Below, one piece after another: positions 11,576 through 24,053 of a stretch of DNA of 64,000 nt. Below the pieces are notes generated by a model. The model searched no databases. It saw only the letters and a list, made by a program, of their open reading frames with translations, and was not told where the DNA came from. Location: NCBI RefSeq assembly GCF_018977255.1, contig NW_024704742.1, positions 60,762,001 through 60,826,000 of the forward strand, read 5' to 3'. The position numbers and the translations under genes were made by a program. The DNA comes from Callorhinchus milii (taxonomy: Eukaryota). Every line of letters starts with the position of its first letter. Position 1 is the first letter of the stretch.

Positions 11576-14500
11576 AATATTTATATTCATATTCAAGATA
11601 CATTCATAAAAGGATGATAAAATGTCACCAGTTGTGGTTGTAAACTACCTTAAATAGAATTGTAATGCATGAAATGATTTCAGACAAAAATAGCATATTG
11701 AAGGCATGAATTGTTTTTTATTTTCTTAAATCAGAACTTTTGTGCTTATGCTTTCACAGTGGATGACCTTAAATGGTTCATAGTTCATCCTTATATTTCA
11801 CATCTCTCTCTCTCTCACTTCAGTCATGGAATAGTTAATTTGCAAATTAACACAGTGGCACAAGAAATAACATACAAGCTATATTCCACATTGGATCCTT
11901 TGGTTCCAAGCGAAGATGCAATGAGTACATTGCTTTATATAGTGATCTACTTCCCTCTTGCAACCCACAATGGATTGGATTTAAAAATGTCCACAGTGGT
12001 GTGAGAATTTACAATGCTTCAACATAAATGGCTGTTGAAGGGAAGTTCCTAATTAAATAATTACATATAAAGGAAATTGGACAAGTAACCGAGAAAAGAA
12101 TTATGGGAGGGGGGAGTAGTGGAATCAGGGAAATGCGATTAGATTGATAGTCTGGGGGAGCTTGCACCAGCACAGCTATAATAGTTTGAATGCCCTCTTT
12201 TTGTGCTGAAAACTTCCTGATTCTCACAGTCAGATAAAGAATGAAGCAATGGAGAAATCCAGTGCCTTTATTCACAAGCTGTTTCAACATTCTGTTTTTT
12301 CAGTAGTTTACTAGGAAGCTAGTGTTTTGTGATAACCTCTCACTCTTTATAGGATTTAAATGGTGACTTTATATTTGTGTTAAATTTCTGTCATTAACGT
12401 GCTTTAATGCTGGAAGATCCTATTCCTCGTTTTCCACCTTTTAAATCTTTTACATACCCAATAAACAAACACACGTTTTCTTGCTGGAAGCACAAATAAT
12501 ATTCTGTGGATAAAACTGTCCTTCTTAACAGGCTTTGTTTCAAGTACTTTAAAATATAATACAGCTGTGGATCATAATAAAAGATTGCAGATTTTTTTTA
12601 AGAAGATATTAATTTCAAACATGGGTTTGCTCTATAACATTACAACATTACTTTCCTATAGTGTATGACATAGGAAGCATTGTTTTCCTATAGTATATGA
12701 CAGCGTGGGTTGTAGATTGTGTTGGGAGATTCAAGAGGGCATTACAAAGCTTTGACAACAAAATCTACTTTTATTTATGAGAGATTGAGCAGTTGATGAC
12801 TCTTTGCGTGTGTGTGGAGGGGGGGTTGAAGAGGAGGTAGTGTTAGATGAACTACAATAGTGTTTTTCTGTACTGTACAATCCTATGTTCCAAGGTAAAA
12901 TCAATTGCATGAACTATTATTGTCTGAAAAATGGGTGCAAAGCAAGCTGTTACAGTCAGTCAGATATGGTGATATTCAGGAGAGGAGCCTAATTTCTCAT
13001 TGTTCATCACAAAATGAGATTTCCGTACTAAAGATCCTGCGCTATGTCAAGTTGGTAGCGATTTGCATTATAGTATCGCATTTACGATTTTGGTTGTGTT
13101 TTCTTGTATGACAGACATGTTAAAATTAATACAGAGCAGTTGGCAGTAGCTCATGGCACAGTAAGAGTTTATAGCTGGTCAATGCACGCTGGCATTATAT
13201 TCAAAGGCTGAGGCTTCTCAAATTTTATTAAAAAAGTACTCCATCCTTTTGTTTCTGGCTCCGGGTTTGAAACCAGCACAGTCTGAGGGAATTACATTCT
13301 CTTCATTCTGTTCCTGTAACAGTTGTATAAGACTATTACAACCCAATTTCTGGTGAAAACACGTTACCAAGCTCATCAGGGATGTGAAAATGTCACACCG
13401 GTAATTGATCTAAAATGGGGGCTGAGGAACATTCACAAATTCAGAGAGGCTTAGATGAAGAAGGCCAATTTGATCTCATTCTTCCAGAATAAATAATAAT
13501 ATTAATATAATCCTTGCATTTAATATAGCATCTTATCATGTCATGGAGACATCTCAAAGTATTTCACAGAATATATTGTAAAGCGGATTGATAGTATATT
13601 GTTGGCGAAACTCAACAGCCAAATAATTGCTCACAGCAATGTCCCACAAACTGCTGTGGATCTACTGAACACATATTTTAAAAATGTTAATCTTTGCATT
13701 TGATATGGCACTTTTAACATTGAAAACACTTCGTAGGATATACTGTAAAGTTTTGTCACTGTGTTTTGTAGGCAAACATGGTGTGTGTTCTGAAATTTCC
13801 CTTTGCAATCCTAAACCGGGGCCCTCTTGTTCTGCTGGCTTGGTGCATTCAAAAGTACAGTTCTAGTTTTACTTTCTCAAATGCTATTTAAAATCTTATA
13901 CGTCCCTCTGAGGTGTCTTTTTCAAAACTGAAGAGCTATAGCTTGTATAATCATTGCTCAGCTTGTCTACATTGTTTGGATAATGTATTGGTAGCTTTTT
14001 CGTTCACTTGTCTTTTCTACCGTACACACGAGAATGTGTGATTCAGATACTGAGTGAAACAAGAAATTGTTCTGTTTCCCACTTCTGACGTCCCTCACAT
14101 TAACATGGATGAAGGTTACCATCATAATATTGTCTCATGTGCCTGAATATATGGCAAACAACTGTTAGAGGTATCTGCTTGATTTTCTACAGCTCTAAAA
14201 ATGACATTCCCTAGACTCGGTGCATAAAGTATTTTATTTTCCAATCAGAAATCCTAGCCTCATGGTATTCTTGGAACATGATTTTACTTTTATTTAGTCT
14301 GTCCTTTCTTGACAACTTCATCATTGCACAGGGAGGAGGATTAGAACTATAACAGATCCAATGGTGCTCATGTTACTGTCAGTCATCTTGTTATCCAAAA
14401 TCTGATATCCAGATTGCAAGATTTACAAATAACATTTGGTCACTGGTTGAATGTCATGACTCATGATTTGTGACTTGCATGATGTGACATTAGTAACTGG

Positions 14501-15557
14501 AAATTACAATTAACAGTTTGAACCTGGTCTGCGATCAGCATATCTTCCAACCATCACATAATCACTGCCTTAAAGATTGTCATCTTGATCAGCACATGTA
14601 CCAAACAATGTCATTTAATGTGGGAGGAACTATTACGAGAGATGAACTGGAAGACACTGCAGTTTGGACTGATTGATCTATTCATTCATATTTTTACACA
14701 AAATGCTTTCTATTTTTCACTCCATGTGTTTAGTGTTATCTTGGCTTAGTTGGTAGCACTGTCGCTTCTGAGCCAGGCTGACATCTAATCTGGAAAGATT
14801 TCCTATAATAATCTGCACATTCTTTTGATTCTTCTGTTTTACATTTGATATTCTCCTTCAAAGGCTCTCCCTGCTATTTGCTCCATTTTTTGATCAGATT
14901 GTCTACTTTTAACTTGATCTGAAGATTTACATGAACATAACAATGGAATCTATTCCCAGCACTGTATTAAAAATTGTGCATAAACAATTTAGGAAACATG
15001 CAAATATTTTTTTCCAGTCATTTTGTTCCCGATTCAGTTTGTTTTATTCACACAAGCCTTTAAACCTAGGTCTCATTTTGATCCACCTAAGGTTTCCCAG
15101 ACTTTATTATATTGACAATGAACAAATCAGGTAAATTCATTTAAAATAAGCAGACAGCAAATGACTAACGGCTGTTTTGACTGAGAAAAATTTCTTTGAT
15201 AATATTGGCTGGTTACTTACTGGTTACTTAGGATGGTGTTGAAGGCTTTATGGGGCTGTTACATTAACCCCTGCACTACCTCCAATTGAAATAACTTTAA
15301 TAATAATATTAACAGTGCCTATCCTCTGGTGGAGGGGGTTGAGGGGACAGGGACAGCATATGGAGCAGGTAAGTAAGATCTCTTTTGGAGCTGAGTTGGT
15401 AATTCAATGTGGCGGTCTAGATAGTCCTGTTGCAGTAGATCTCCATTACCACAGGGCACTGCTGATCACAGAAAGACAGTCTGGACTTAGCATAGATATG
15501 TTGGGACACGGTCTAGGCTGACAGCTCTCTGCTGGGTTGCATTGTCAGGGGACTTGT

Positions 15558-15877
15558 GGAGTCCTGTGGCTCAGTGGTTGAGCATTGGCTTTGCAAGTGA
15601 GAGACCTGAGTTCAATTCCAGGCAGGGCGAAACCTTGGGCAAGTTTCCTTACTCCACACACCTAATAATAATCCCTCCAAAACCAAAAACAATAATAAAT
15701 TGGTCATTTTCAATCCACGACTGTTTGTGGGACATTGCTGCGTGCAATTTGGCTGCCGCATTCGCCCACAAATATACAGCCAATTCACTTTACAGTGTGT
15801 TCTGTGAAGCGCTTTGGGACGTCCTCCCGACGTGAAAAGCGCTGTATCAAATGCAAGGATTATTATTATTATTATTA
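15558..15877 (+). mobile_element. tRNA-derived SINE, short form, young
   Basis: Nearly identical to 967-1283; 3' hairpin gggacgtcctcccgacgtga and a (TTA)n tail. Confidence 0.92.
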
Positions 15878-15879
15878 CT

Positions 15880-16095
15880 GTCCTTTAGATGAGGATTGGA
15901 ACCAAGGTCTCAAACTTGTCTGTTAAAGTGAAGATACATATCTCATGGCACTATTCAAGAAGAGAAAGGAGTTTCTTCCAATCTTCTAGCCAACAATCCC
16001 CAGATAAAATTGGTCATTCACTTTATCGATGTTTGTGGGACATTACTTCGTGCAAACTGACTGCCACATTCACCTACCAAATATAGTCACTATAT
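15880..16095 (+). mobile_element. Old DeuSINE-like body
   Basis: cctttagatgagga...catggcactattcaagaagagaaaggagtttc...tgtttgtgggacattacttcgtgcaaactgactgcc resembles the Deu domain. Similar pieces lie near 18090-18330, 21110-21420, 28370-28660, 46080-46430 and 59740-60115. Confidence 0.65.
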
Positions 16096-16096
16096 T

Positions 16097-16445
16097 TTGC
16101 ATCTGTCGAGACCCTCATTCACACCTTCATCATGTCCAGGCTCAACTATTTGGAACAAATGGCTCACCGGCTGCCCAGCTCCTTCCTGCATAAGCTGCAG
16201 ACCATCTAGAACTCTGCAGCTCGTGCATCAGAGCCTATCGACCCCATCCTCACTCAGCTCCTCATCTCCCAGTAGATCGGATTCAAGGTCCTCTGATTGA
16301 AATCCCTCCATGACCTCGACCATCCCTACCTTGATAACCTTCTGCAACTGTACCAACCGACTAGCACAGTGAACACTGGCCTGCTTCATATCTGTCCACC
16401 TGACCTGCCCCCACCCCCCACCATTGGTGGGTGTGCATTCACCAA
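16097..16445 (+). mobile_element. L2 LINE 3' fragment, decayed
   Basis: ETLIHTFIMSRLNY...LHKLQTI*NSAAR remnant. Confidence 0.8.
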
Positions 16446-17715
16446 TTCTACGTGATGCACTTCCAGTTTCCTTTGAAATTGAAATGGTATGAATTAGAGA
16501 GGGAACATTCCTATGTTCATTTGTGATGACTGTGAAGTGAGATTTTAGAAATAACTCTCTAGAAGGAGGCCAGCCAACCCACTGTCTCTGAGCCATGTTA
16601 ACTACCCACTGGAGCTCATTTTACTCCATCCGTTTTAAATGCAAGCAGTGTTCACTGTATAAACTGAGATTGAGGGTGGCGAGCTCACTGCAAGCAACTT
16701 TAGTCATGGAGCAATTGATCCAGTATTGAAGCCATCTGCATGAAATACAAGAACTCTTTCATTGAGACTTTGCCATTATTTGTCATATGAAACTGGCCAG
16801 CAGTGGTGTGTTTGGGATGGCATGTCATGTAACTGCCTCTACAAGCCTTTCTATCAATTTTATAGTGCGATTCTGTCATATCCCATGGATGCAGTATCCT
16901 TTCACATCTGGGACATTCTTCTTTGCCTCTGGGTTCCAGTAAAACTCAACCTCTGAAGAGTGTTAAAGGAAATTGGTTTAGACATGTAACTCAGTTCCTA
17001 GGGTTTAAAATTCCTGAGCATAAATACCTGAAGTTCCACATAGCATAAACCTCTCAGATTATTTTGTTTTAAAATTTAAGACCATATAGGACCATGGAAA
17101 CTTCAGTGTTTGCTTGGAAGTTGGTTTTCCACATTGCATTACAAATTAAGACTGAATTGAAGATTTTTCCACATTGCTGTGTAATTTTAAATTTTAAGAC
17201 AACACTGCCTTTGCAGTGTTACCTAAGAAAGGTGGGAGTTTCAGTCCACTGTGGCTCTCTCATTAACACTCTCAATAGCATACTCGATCAAAACCAGAAT
17301 AGCTGGTTACAGTGTTATTTCACAATAACATCTGAAAACTGATGCACAATACAGCAGTAGAGTACCGATGTACAGTATTACGATAGAGTGGAGCAATAGT
17401 GTGTTTTGTAAATGGTTATTTAATAGGATACATCCCATTCTTAAAAATGAAAAGCACTGAACAATACGATTGTACATTCTTTCTATTTTGTACCAGGCAT
17501 CACTTCAACCTGGTCCAGAGTAATAACTTGCTTTTACTCATTGCAAATAAAGTAGGGATGGGGAATTATAACTGTTGCCTTCCTCCATTTTTCACTTCTT
17601 ATTAGCACAAGTGAAATTTGTCAAAAAATAAACATTCTAATTGTGCAATTTTAAATGATCAAAGTCCTTAATACCGACTACTGAAATGCACTTTTAAATA
17701 ATCCTTGCCCTTTGA

Positions 17716-18020
17716 TCAGTGGTTAGAGTACTTGCTTTGCAAGCGAGAGACCTGGGTTTGATTCCCGGAAAGGTGAAACCTTGGGCAAGTTTCCTTGCTC
17801 CACACGCCTGATAATAATCCCTCAAGAAAAAAAACAATAATAATTTGGTCACTTCAATCCACAACTATTTGTGGGTCACTGCTGTGCACAATTGGCTGCT
17901 GCATTTCGCCCACAAATATACAGGCAATTCACTTTACAGTCTATTCTGTGAAGCACTTTGAGACGTCTAGAAGACGTGAAAAGCACTATATCAAATGCAA
18001 GGATTATTATTGTTATTATA
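17716..18020 (+). mobile_element. tRNA-derived SINE, short form, missing its first bases
   Basis: tcagtggttagagtacttgctttgcaagcgagagacctgggtttgattcc...gagacgtctagaagacgtgaaaagcactatatcaaatgcaaggattattat. Confidence 0.9.
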
Positions 18021-18439
18021 ACACCTGTGATGTTGAAACATCTGAAACCACATAATTTCTATCAAGTGCAGTAGCTGTGTACTTGTAGCAAACACGGTTG
18101 CATTAACCTTCAAGCTCCCACACACAGCCAAGAAGTGAAAGATCTGTTTATGTGGAGGAATATTGGCGAGGACTCTGCACAAAACTCCTTTCTCCTAATA
18201 AATAGGGCCATGGGATCTTCAATCTCCACCTGAACACGCAGACAGGGTGTGGGTTTAATGTTTTATCCAAAGCATAGCATGTCCAAACAATGCAGTGCTC
18301 CTCCAATACTGCGCTGTAATATCAGTATAATACAATTTACACTTATTTTGCACCTTTGATGTCGGGGATACATCCTAAAGCAATTGAGAATTCTGGCTGG
18401 GCACCAGAGCTATGGGTAGAAACTTGCTTTTCTAAGTGA

Positions 18440-19690
18440 AAATTAATTTTGTTCCAGATTATGGTCTCTAGAAGTTTCCCCACCACTGACGTTAGGCTGA
18501 CTGAACTGTAAGACTTCAGTGATTCCTTTTATGTTACCTGCTAATCTTTTCTCATACACTCTCTTTGCCCCTTTTATTTCCTTTTCAGTTCTCCTCTGCA
18601 CTTTCTGTATTCTGCTTGATTCTCTAGTCGATCTGACATTTATCATAAGCCTCTTTTTTTCTGTTTCATTTTAATCCCAATTTCCTTAGTCATCTAGAGA
18701 GCTCTAGCGTTGAATGCCCTACCTTTTCCCCTCATGGGAATGTGTGTGGTCTGTACCCTAACTATCTCCTCCTTGAAAGACTCCCATTGCTTGTTTACAG
18801 TTTTACACCTCAATCTTGGTTTCAATCAACCTGGGCAAAATCCCTTTCAGCTCACTGAAATTAGTCCTCTTCCAGTTGAATATCTTTGATTGCTCCTTGT
18901 CCCTTTCCATAACTGCTCTAAACCTAATGATATTGTGATCATTGTTATACAGATGCTCTCTCACTGAAACCTGCTCCACTGGCCCTACTTCATTCCCCAG
19001 GACTAGATCTAGCACTGCTTCCTTCCTCGTTGGACTGGAAACGTAATGATCAAGAAAGTTTTCCTGTACACATTTCTGGAATTCTTCCCACTCTGTGCCC
19101 TTTACACTGTTTTCTTCCCAGTCTGTTAAGATAATTGAAGTCCACCATTATCACTACTCTATTGTTTTTCATTTTTTCTGAAATCTGCTTGCAGATTTGC
19201 TCCTCTATCTCCTTCCCACTATTTACTGGTGCATAATAAACACCCAGAAGCATAACAGCTCCTATTCTGCTCCTCACCTCTAACCAAATAGATTCCGTCC
19301 TTTAACCCTCTAGCACATCATCCCTTTCCAGGGCTGTAACAGTATCTTTGATCCATACTGCCACCCTCTCTCCTCTTTATCCTGCCCTATCACTCCCAAA
19401 TACATTGCAGTCAGGAATGTTAAGCTCCCATTTCTGCCCTTGTTTGAGCCAGGTCTGCGTTCTTGCCACTACATCATAATCCCGTGTGGCAAGTTGGGCA
19501 TGCACCTCACCAGCCTTATTTGTCACACTCCGTGCATTTACCCACATGCAGTCCAAAACTGCCTTAGTCTGTTTTGCATTTCTTCTGTGGCTGATCCCTA
19601 CTCTTTCTGGACTACTCTTTATTCCAATGTTATTTGTCTCTCCCAGTCCTCTGTATTCCTTGTTTCTCCTCTCTGATGCTACTTCCTGCC
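18440..19690 (-). mobile_element. CR1 LINE ORF2 N-terminal (APE endonuclease) remnant with frameshifts
   Basis: Minus-strand ORFs CMWVNARSVTNK...DYDVVARTQTWL, LLGVYYAP...VVIMVDFNY and LDLVLGNE...DHNIIRF are successive APE-endonuclease motifs of CR1 elements. Confidence 0.92.
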
Positions 19691-22159
19691 CCCCCACCAC
19701 CCACTACCATCCCCATCAGTCAGAAGGTCAAAATTGGCAGGTCACTGAATCAGAGGTAGATAGTCAGAGGCTTAACATCAAATTGGTTACTTGCGCTGTT
19801 AGCTGGAGACTCATGTGTGGAAGCAGAAAACAAATTGGAGGAAAAATAAAACATATTCTTCATTTTGCAAAATATAAAACAGGCCATTTACAATTCTCAT
19901 ATAAATGTATTTGTATTCCTCTTCTAAAAGTTGGTGATTCTTTGTTGAGAACACGGGGGTTTAGCCATAAACAAACATTTCATCTTTGGTATTTTATGAG
20001 GTTTTTAGTTGTGCTGGCAGTGAATGGTGTTTAGAATAAAGGAATCTTTTTTTCTAAGAACGTAGGTGGTCTTCAAATTACATATCCCATCAGTTTCAAC
20101 AAATTATAAACTATATCTAGTTTGTTTAACTGTACATGATTCATAGTATTTCCATCCAGACATATGTTTATGAGACAGAATAGGTCATTGTCCAGAAGTA
20201 TAATTCTTATCTTATTCTGTGCAATTGAATTGGATAAAAGGGAGCAATGCCCTGAGAGGGGTGAAGTACTTTTACATCTAACTTGCTGTCCCTGGAAGTA
20301 ATGGAGAAGGGCTGAAGATGTTTCCTTCTGTAGAGAACTTTTCAGGTTTTTGTTTTAAGTAGCTTCACGGAGACCTGCCATCATAATCTCGATCACTCTA
20401 GTTCAGAGGATGTTTCAAATAGTCTTACAATACAATGTACATTTATTACATTTAATTTAAAGTGACTGTCACTTTAGGAGGATGTCTTGAAGTACTTAAC
20501 ACAGCTGGATTAAGTGTGTGTTTGTGTGTGTGTGTGCGCGCGTGTAGGGGGGGAATAGTTGAAGAAAATGAGGAGGGGAAAGATGACCAAAAGTGGGCAA
20601 AGAGGTAAGTCTTGAGGTGGGCTTTGAAAGTGGGAAGAGTTGGAGGGACTCCAGGATGGAGTTCCAGAGAATGGGGCAAAATGGTTGAAATTAAACTTAA
20701 TACAATTGTTTTAGAATTGTTCAGTCCAGTCTTAATCAGAAGCTTTTCTGCACTGATTAGAAGAGTTCTGTGAAAAATTGACTTTGGATATGGACTTGGA
20801 TTTGTGCCTTTGATTCAAACATAATAGTGTTCTGAGAAAAGCATCACATGGAAGTTGAATACATTTCCATAGTAAAAGAGACAAAAGCATTGGGTAAACT
20901 AACTTGAGTGTGACAGATGCTGGACACAGGTTGGCACCTCATCCCATCAGTCAAGAAACACTGTGGATGAAATTTCAAAATATTTCCTCAGACGTCATTG
21001 TAATGATAGACTATTCAAAACTCAAAATGTAAAATGTGCTTATTTTATTAAAAGAAGGAATATTTACAAAAAAACCTGTTTTCTAAGGTTGAGGTGTGCA
21101 TTGTAATCATCGTTACATTTGATACTGTGCGGTATCACTTCATCGAAATGGCTCTAAGTGCTTCACAGGATTATACTTTACAGTGTAGTGACAGTGTAAT
21201 TTTGCAGGTGAACACATCAACCAGTTTGTGCACAACAATGTGTCACAAACAACCATGAAGAGATGGATTATTTTTACCTTGCAGAAACTTTCTCTTTTTA
21301 AACAGCAAGATGGAATCCTTATTATCCACCTGGCAGGTCCTTGGCTCACCCAAACGATGACAAATTTCAGCAACAGAGCACCACCCTAGCACTTTATTGT
21401 AATGTCAGCCTAGATCAGAAGTCTCCAACCAGTTGATTGCTACAAGGTGGCATGCTCAATAAAAGCAAGAGGATGGAGTGAAATTTATTGCTGTTTAAAC
21501 ATTAAAGTTTACATTTTTATTTTGAGATGCATGAAATACTTTGTTCCTCAATCAGACCAGGACCAGTGATAACTATGACGTCACATTAATGTCACATTAT
21601 TGTCCCCAGTATGTCAGTTAGGAGTCAGTACTTTGGGAGAGAAAATTTGCAGAGGAAATTATCAGTGGAGGGAGAAGAGAAATCGCTAGTGTCAATAATA
21701 ATAGGGTTCTGTCTTTCATATCTTATCCATATTTTCAAAATATACAGTCCATTCACTTTGACTGTGAATGAGACGTTTCAAAGACATGATAAGGCGCAAT
21801 ACCAAATGTAAGGATTATTATTATATGCCATTGAAATTTCTTACTAGGAATAGGTTTTGTGAAAAATGTTCTTTTGGGAGGGAGAACGCTTCCCATTTTG
21901 GAGTGGCATTTCCATGCCAGTTTTCCCACCTATTGATAATATGTCTCTTTATGACGTACTTCTATCTTGGAGGTTGTGAATGTTTGCAGATTTGACCGGT
22001 GCAAATTTCCTGTCTTTTGTTTTGCAGGCATTTATCAGATTTTCTCAGTAAGATTGTGTTCCTCCAACTTTATAATCATGCTGTTTGTTTCCTGTTTTTG
22101 GTGTGGTTGGAACCTTATTGTTTCTTTCTGAAGATCTGAGACATTTTCTCATGGAGATC

Positions 22160-22690
22160 CAAACTCTCCTCGCTGGCCTCCCCAGTTCCAGTGTACATAA
22201 AATACAATTAATTCAGACCTCTGCCGCCCAGATACTAACCCACACAAAACCCCTGACCTCCATCAAACCAGTCCATGCCAGGCTGCACTGGCTCCCAATT
22301 TCCGAACGTTATCGACTTCAAGATCCTCTCTCATTTTCAAATCCCTTCATGCCCTTGCACTTGCCTACCTTTCCGACTTGCTCACCCCACACTCCACCAC
22401 CCGTAGCCTCCGCTCGGCCAGCTCTGGCCTCCTGTTCATCCCTCGCCCCCTCCACTCCACCATCAGCGGACATGCTTTCAGTCACTACGACCCGAAGCTC
22501 TGGAACTCCCTCCTCAGTCCCTCCGTCTTGCCCCCTTCCTCCCCACATTCAAATCCCTTCTAAAGACCTTGCTTTTTGATCGTGTTTACAGTCACCTCCC
22601 CATTCCCTCTCCCCCTGGCTGGGGGTTAGACTCTGCCACTGTTAAGCGCTCCAGAACACTATCTGGCATGAAGGGTGCTATTAAAAGGCA
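22160..22690 (+). mobile_element. L2 LINE 3' fragment
   Basis: LLAGLPSSSVHKIQLIQTSAAQILTHTKPLTSIKPVHARLHWLPISER and GHAFSHYDPKLWNSL. Confidence 0.88.
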
Positions 22691-23634
22691 ATTAAAACTT
22701 GATGCTGTGATGGGAGGACGTTAGGGTAGGTATTCCGAAAGGATGAGATTAGAATGGCCGAAGGGGCTTCGTAAACCAAACTGACTTTGTGGTGTTTCTT
22801 AATGGGATTTCTTAATGGGTCACACAAATGGAGCTCCTTATCCGACCTGTAAGTATGTCAGACAGACCCACGAGAACTCTTTTCCAAGGTGATCTATGTC
22901 CAAAGCAGAGTTTCCTCAAGTTGACAACAATACTAAAGTGAATCTTTAAGGAATACATAATTTAGTCCCCACTTTGTGGTGGAGTGAGAGATTGGTAATA
23001 TTCCAGGGCGTTCTTTTCTTCTGCAAAACAAAAAGTTTATTTGTTGAGATCTGTGCCAGTTTCCCCCGGAGAGAAGTGAAAGGAGTGCGGACTTGGCCCC
23101 TTAGCCACATGATTAAGTTAGTACTTTGTTTCATTAATCCTAAATACATTTAATAATTGATGGCAGAGGTACTTATGCCAGGCCATGTAACGTTTCACTA
23201 GAAAAATTTATAGTGTTAAAATTAAGATTAAGAGTTGAAAAAAAAAGTCAAAACATTCCATTCTTTTAAATAGAGGCCTTTGCAATCCTCACTAACTAAA
23301 ACACATAAGGACGATTTGAAGTCTGAAAAGCATGACATTGCCTTAAGGTTTGGTGAGCGCAGTATTCAGTCCCAAACTTGCCAATAAGGACATTTTGTTT
23401 ATCCCTTTTGACTGATGTGTGACAAGGAGATTCAGTGGGAATAACCTTGAAAAGGGCCGAACATCTTGGATTATTAGATCATGTGCTTTATATATATAGT
23501 GTTTCCAGTTATTTTTCTAACTATCCCCCCATCAGCATGTGCCTCTCTGTTCCTGTTTGGCCTCCACTTGCTTGAGTGCACTGGTTTCCCCATGTACCCC
23601 AGCCAAGTGACCATTATTCTCCATCTCTCAGAGA

Positions 23635-24053
23635 ACCAAGTACAAAACCCTTGTTCTCATCTTCAAAGCCCTCCATGGTCTTGCTCTCTCCTACCTCTCC
23701 AACTTCCTAACCTCGTATCAGCCTGTCCCTCCCTCTGCTCGGCAGACACTGGCCTGCTCCAGGTCCCCTGCACTTCCCGCCCCACCATTGGTGGTTGGGC
23801 ATTCAGCATCCCTGCCCCCACACTCTGGAACTTTATCCTGCAATCCCTTCGCCTCAACCCCTCACTTGCCTTCTTCAAATCTTGGCTAAAGATCTTCCAC
23901 TTTGACCGTGCCTTCGGCCATCCTCTCACCCACACCCTCCCCATCCTCTACCCGAACTTCCAGCTCAGGTCCAAAAAAAAACCCTGGCTGTCCAGCGCCC
24001 TGGGACGTCTTTCCGACGTGAAGGATGCTATACAAATGCAAGTTGTTGTTGTT
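23635..24053 (+). mobile_element. L2 LINE 3' end
   Basis: RPTIGGWAFSIPAPTLWNFILQSLRL...FKSWLKIFHFDRAF, then gggacgtctttccgacgtgaagg and a (TTG)n tail. Confidence 0.88.

Noticed and set aside
12652..12701. Short duplications (tttcctatagt.tatgaca twice; similar near 15209 and 25427) and CA/TG microsatellites
   Set aside because: Ordinary slippage products. There are only two units and no spacer array, so nothing CRISPR-like.
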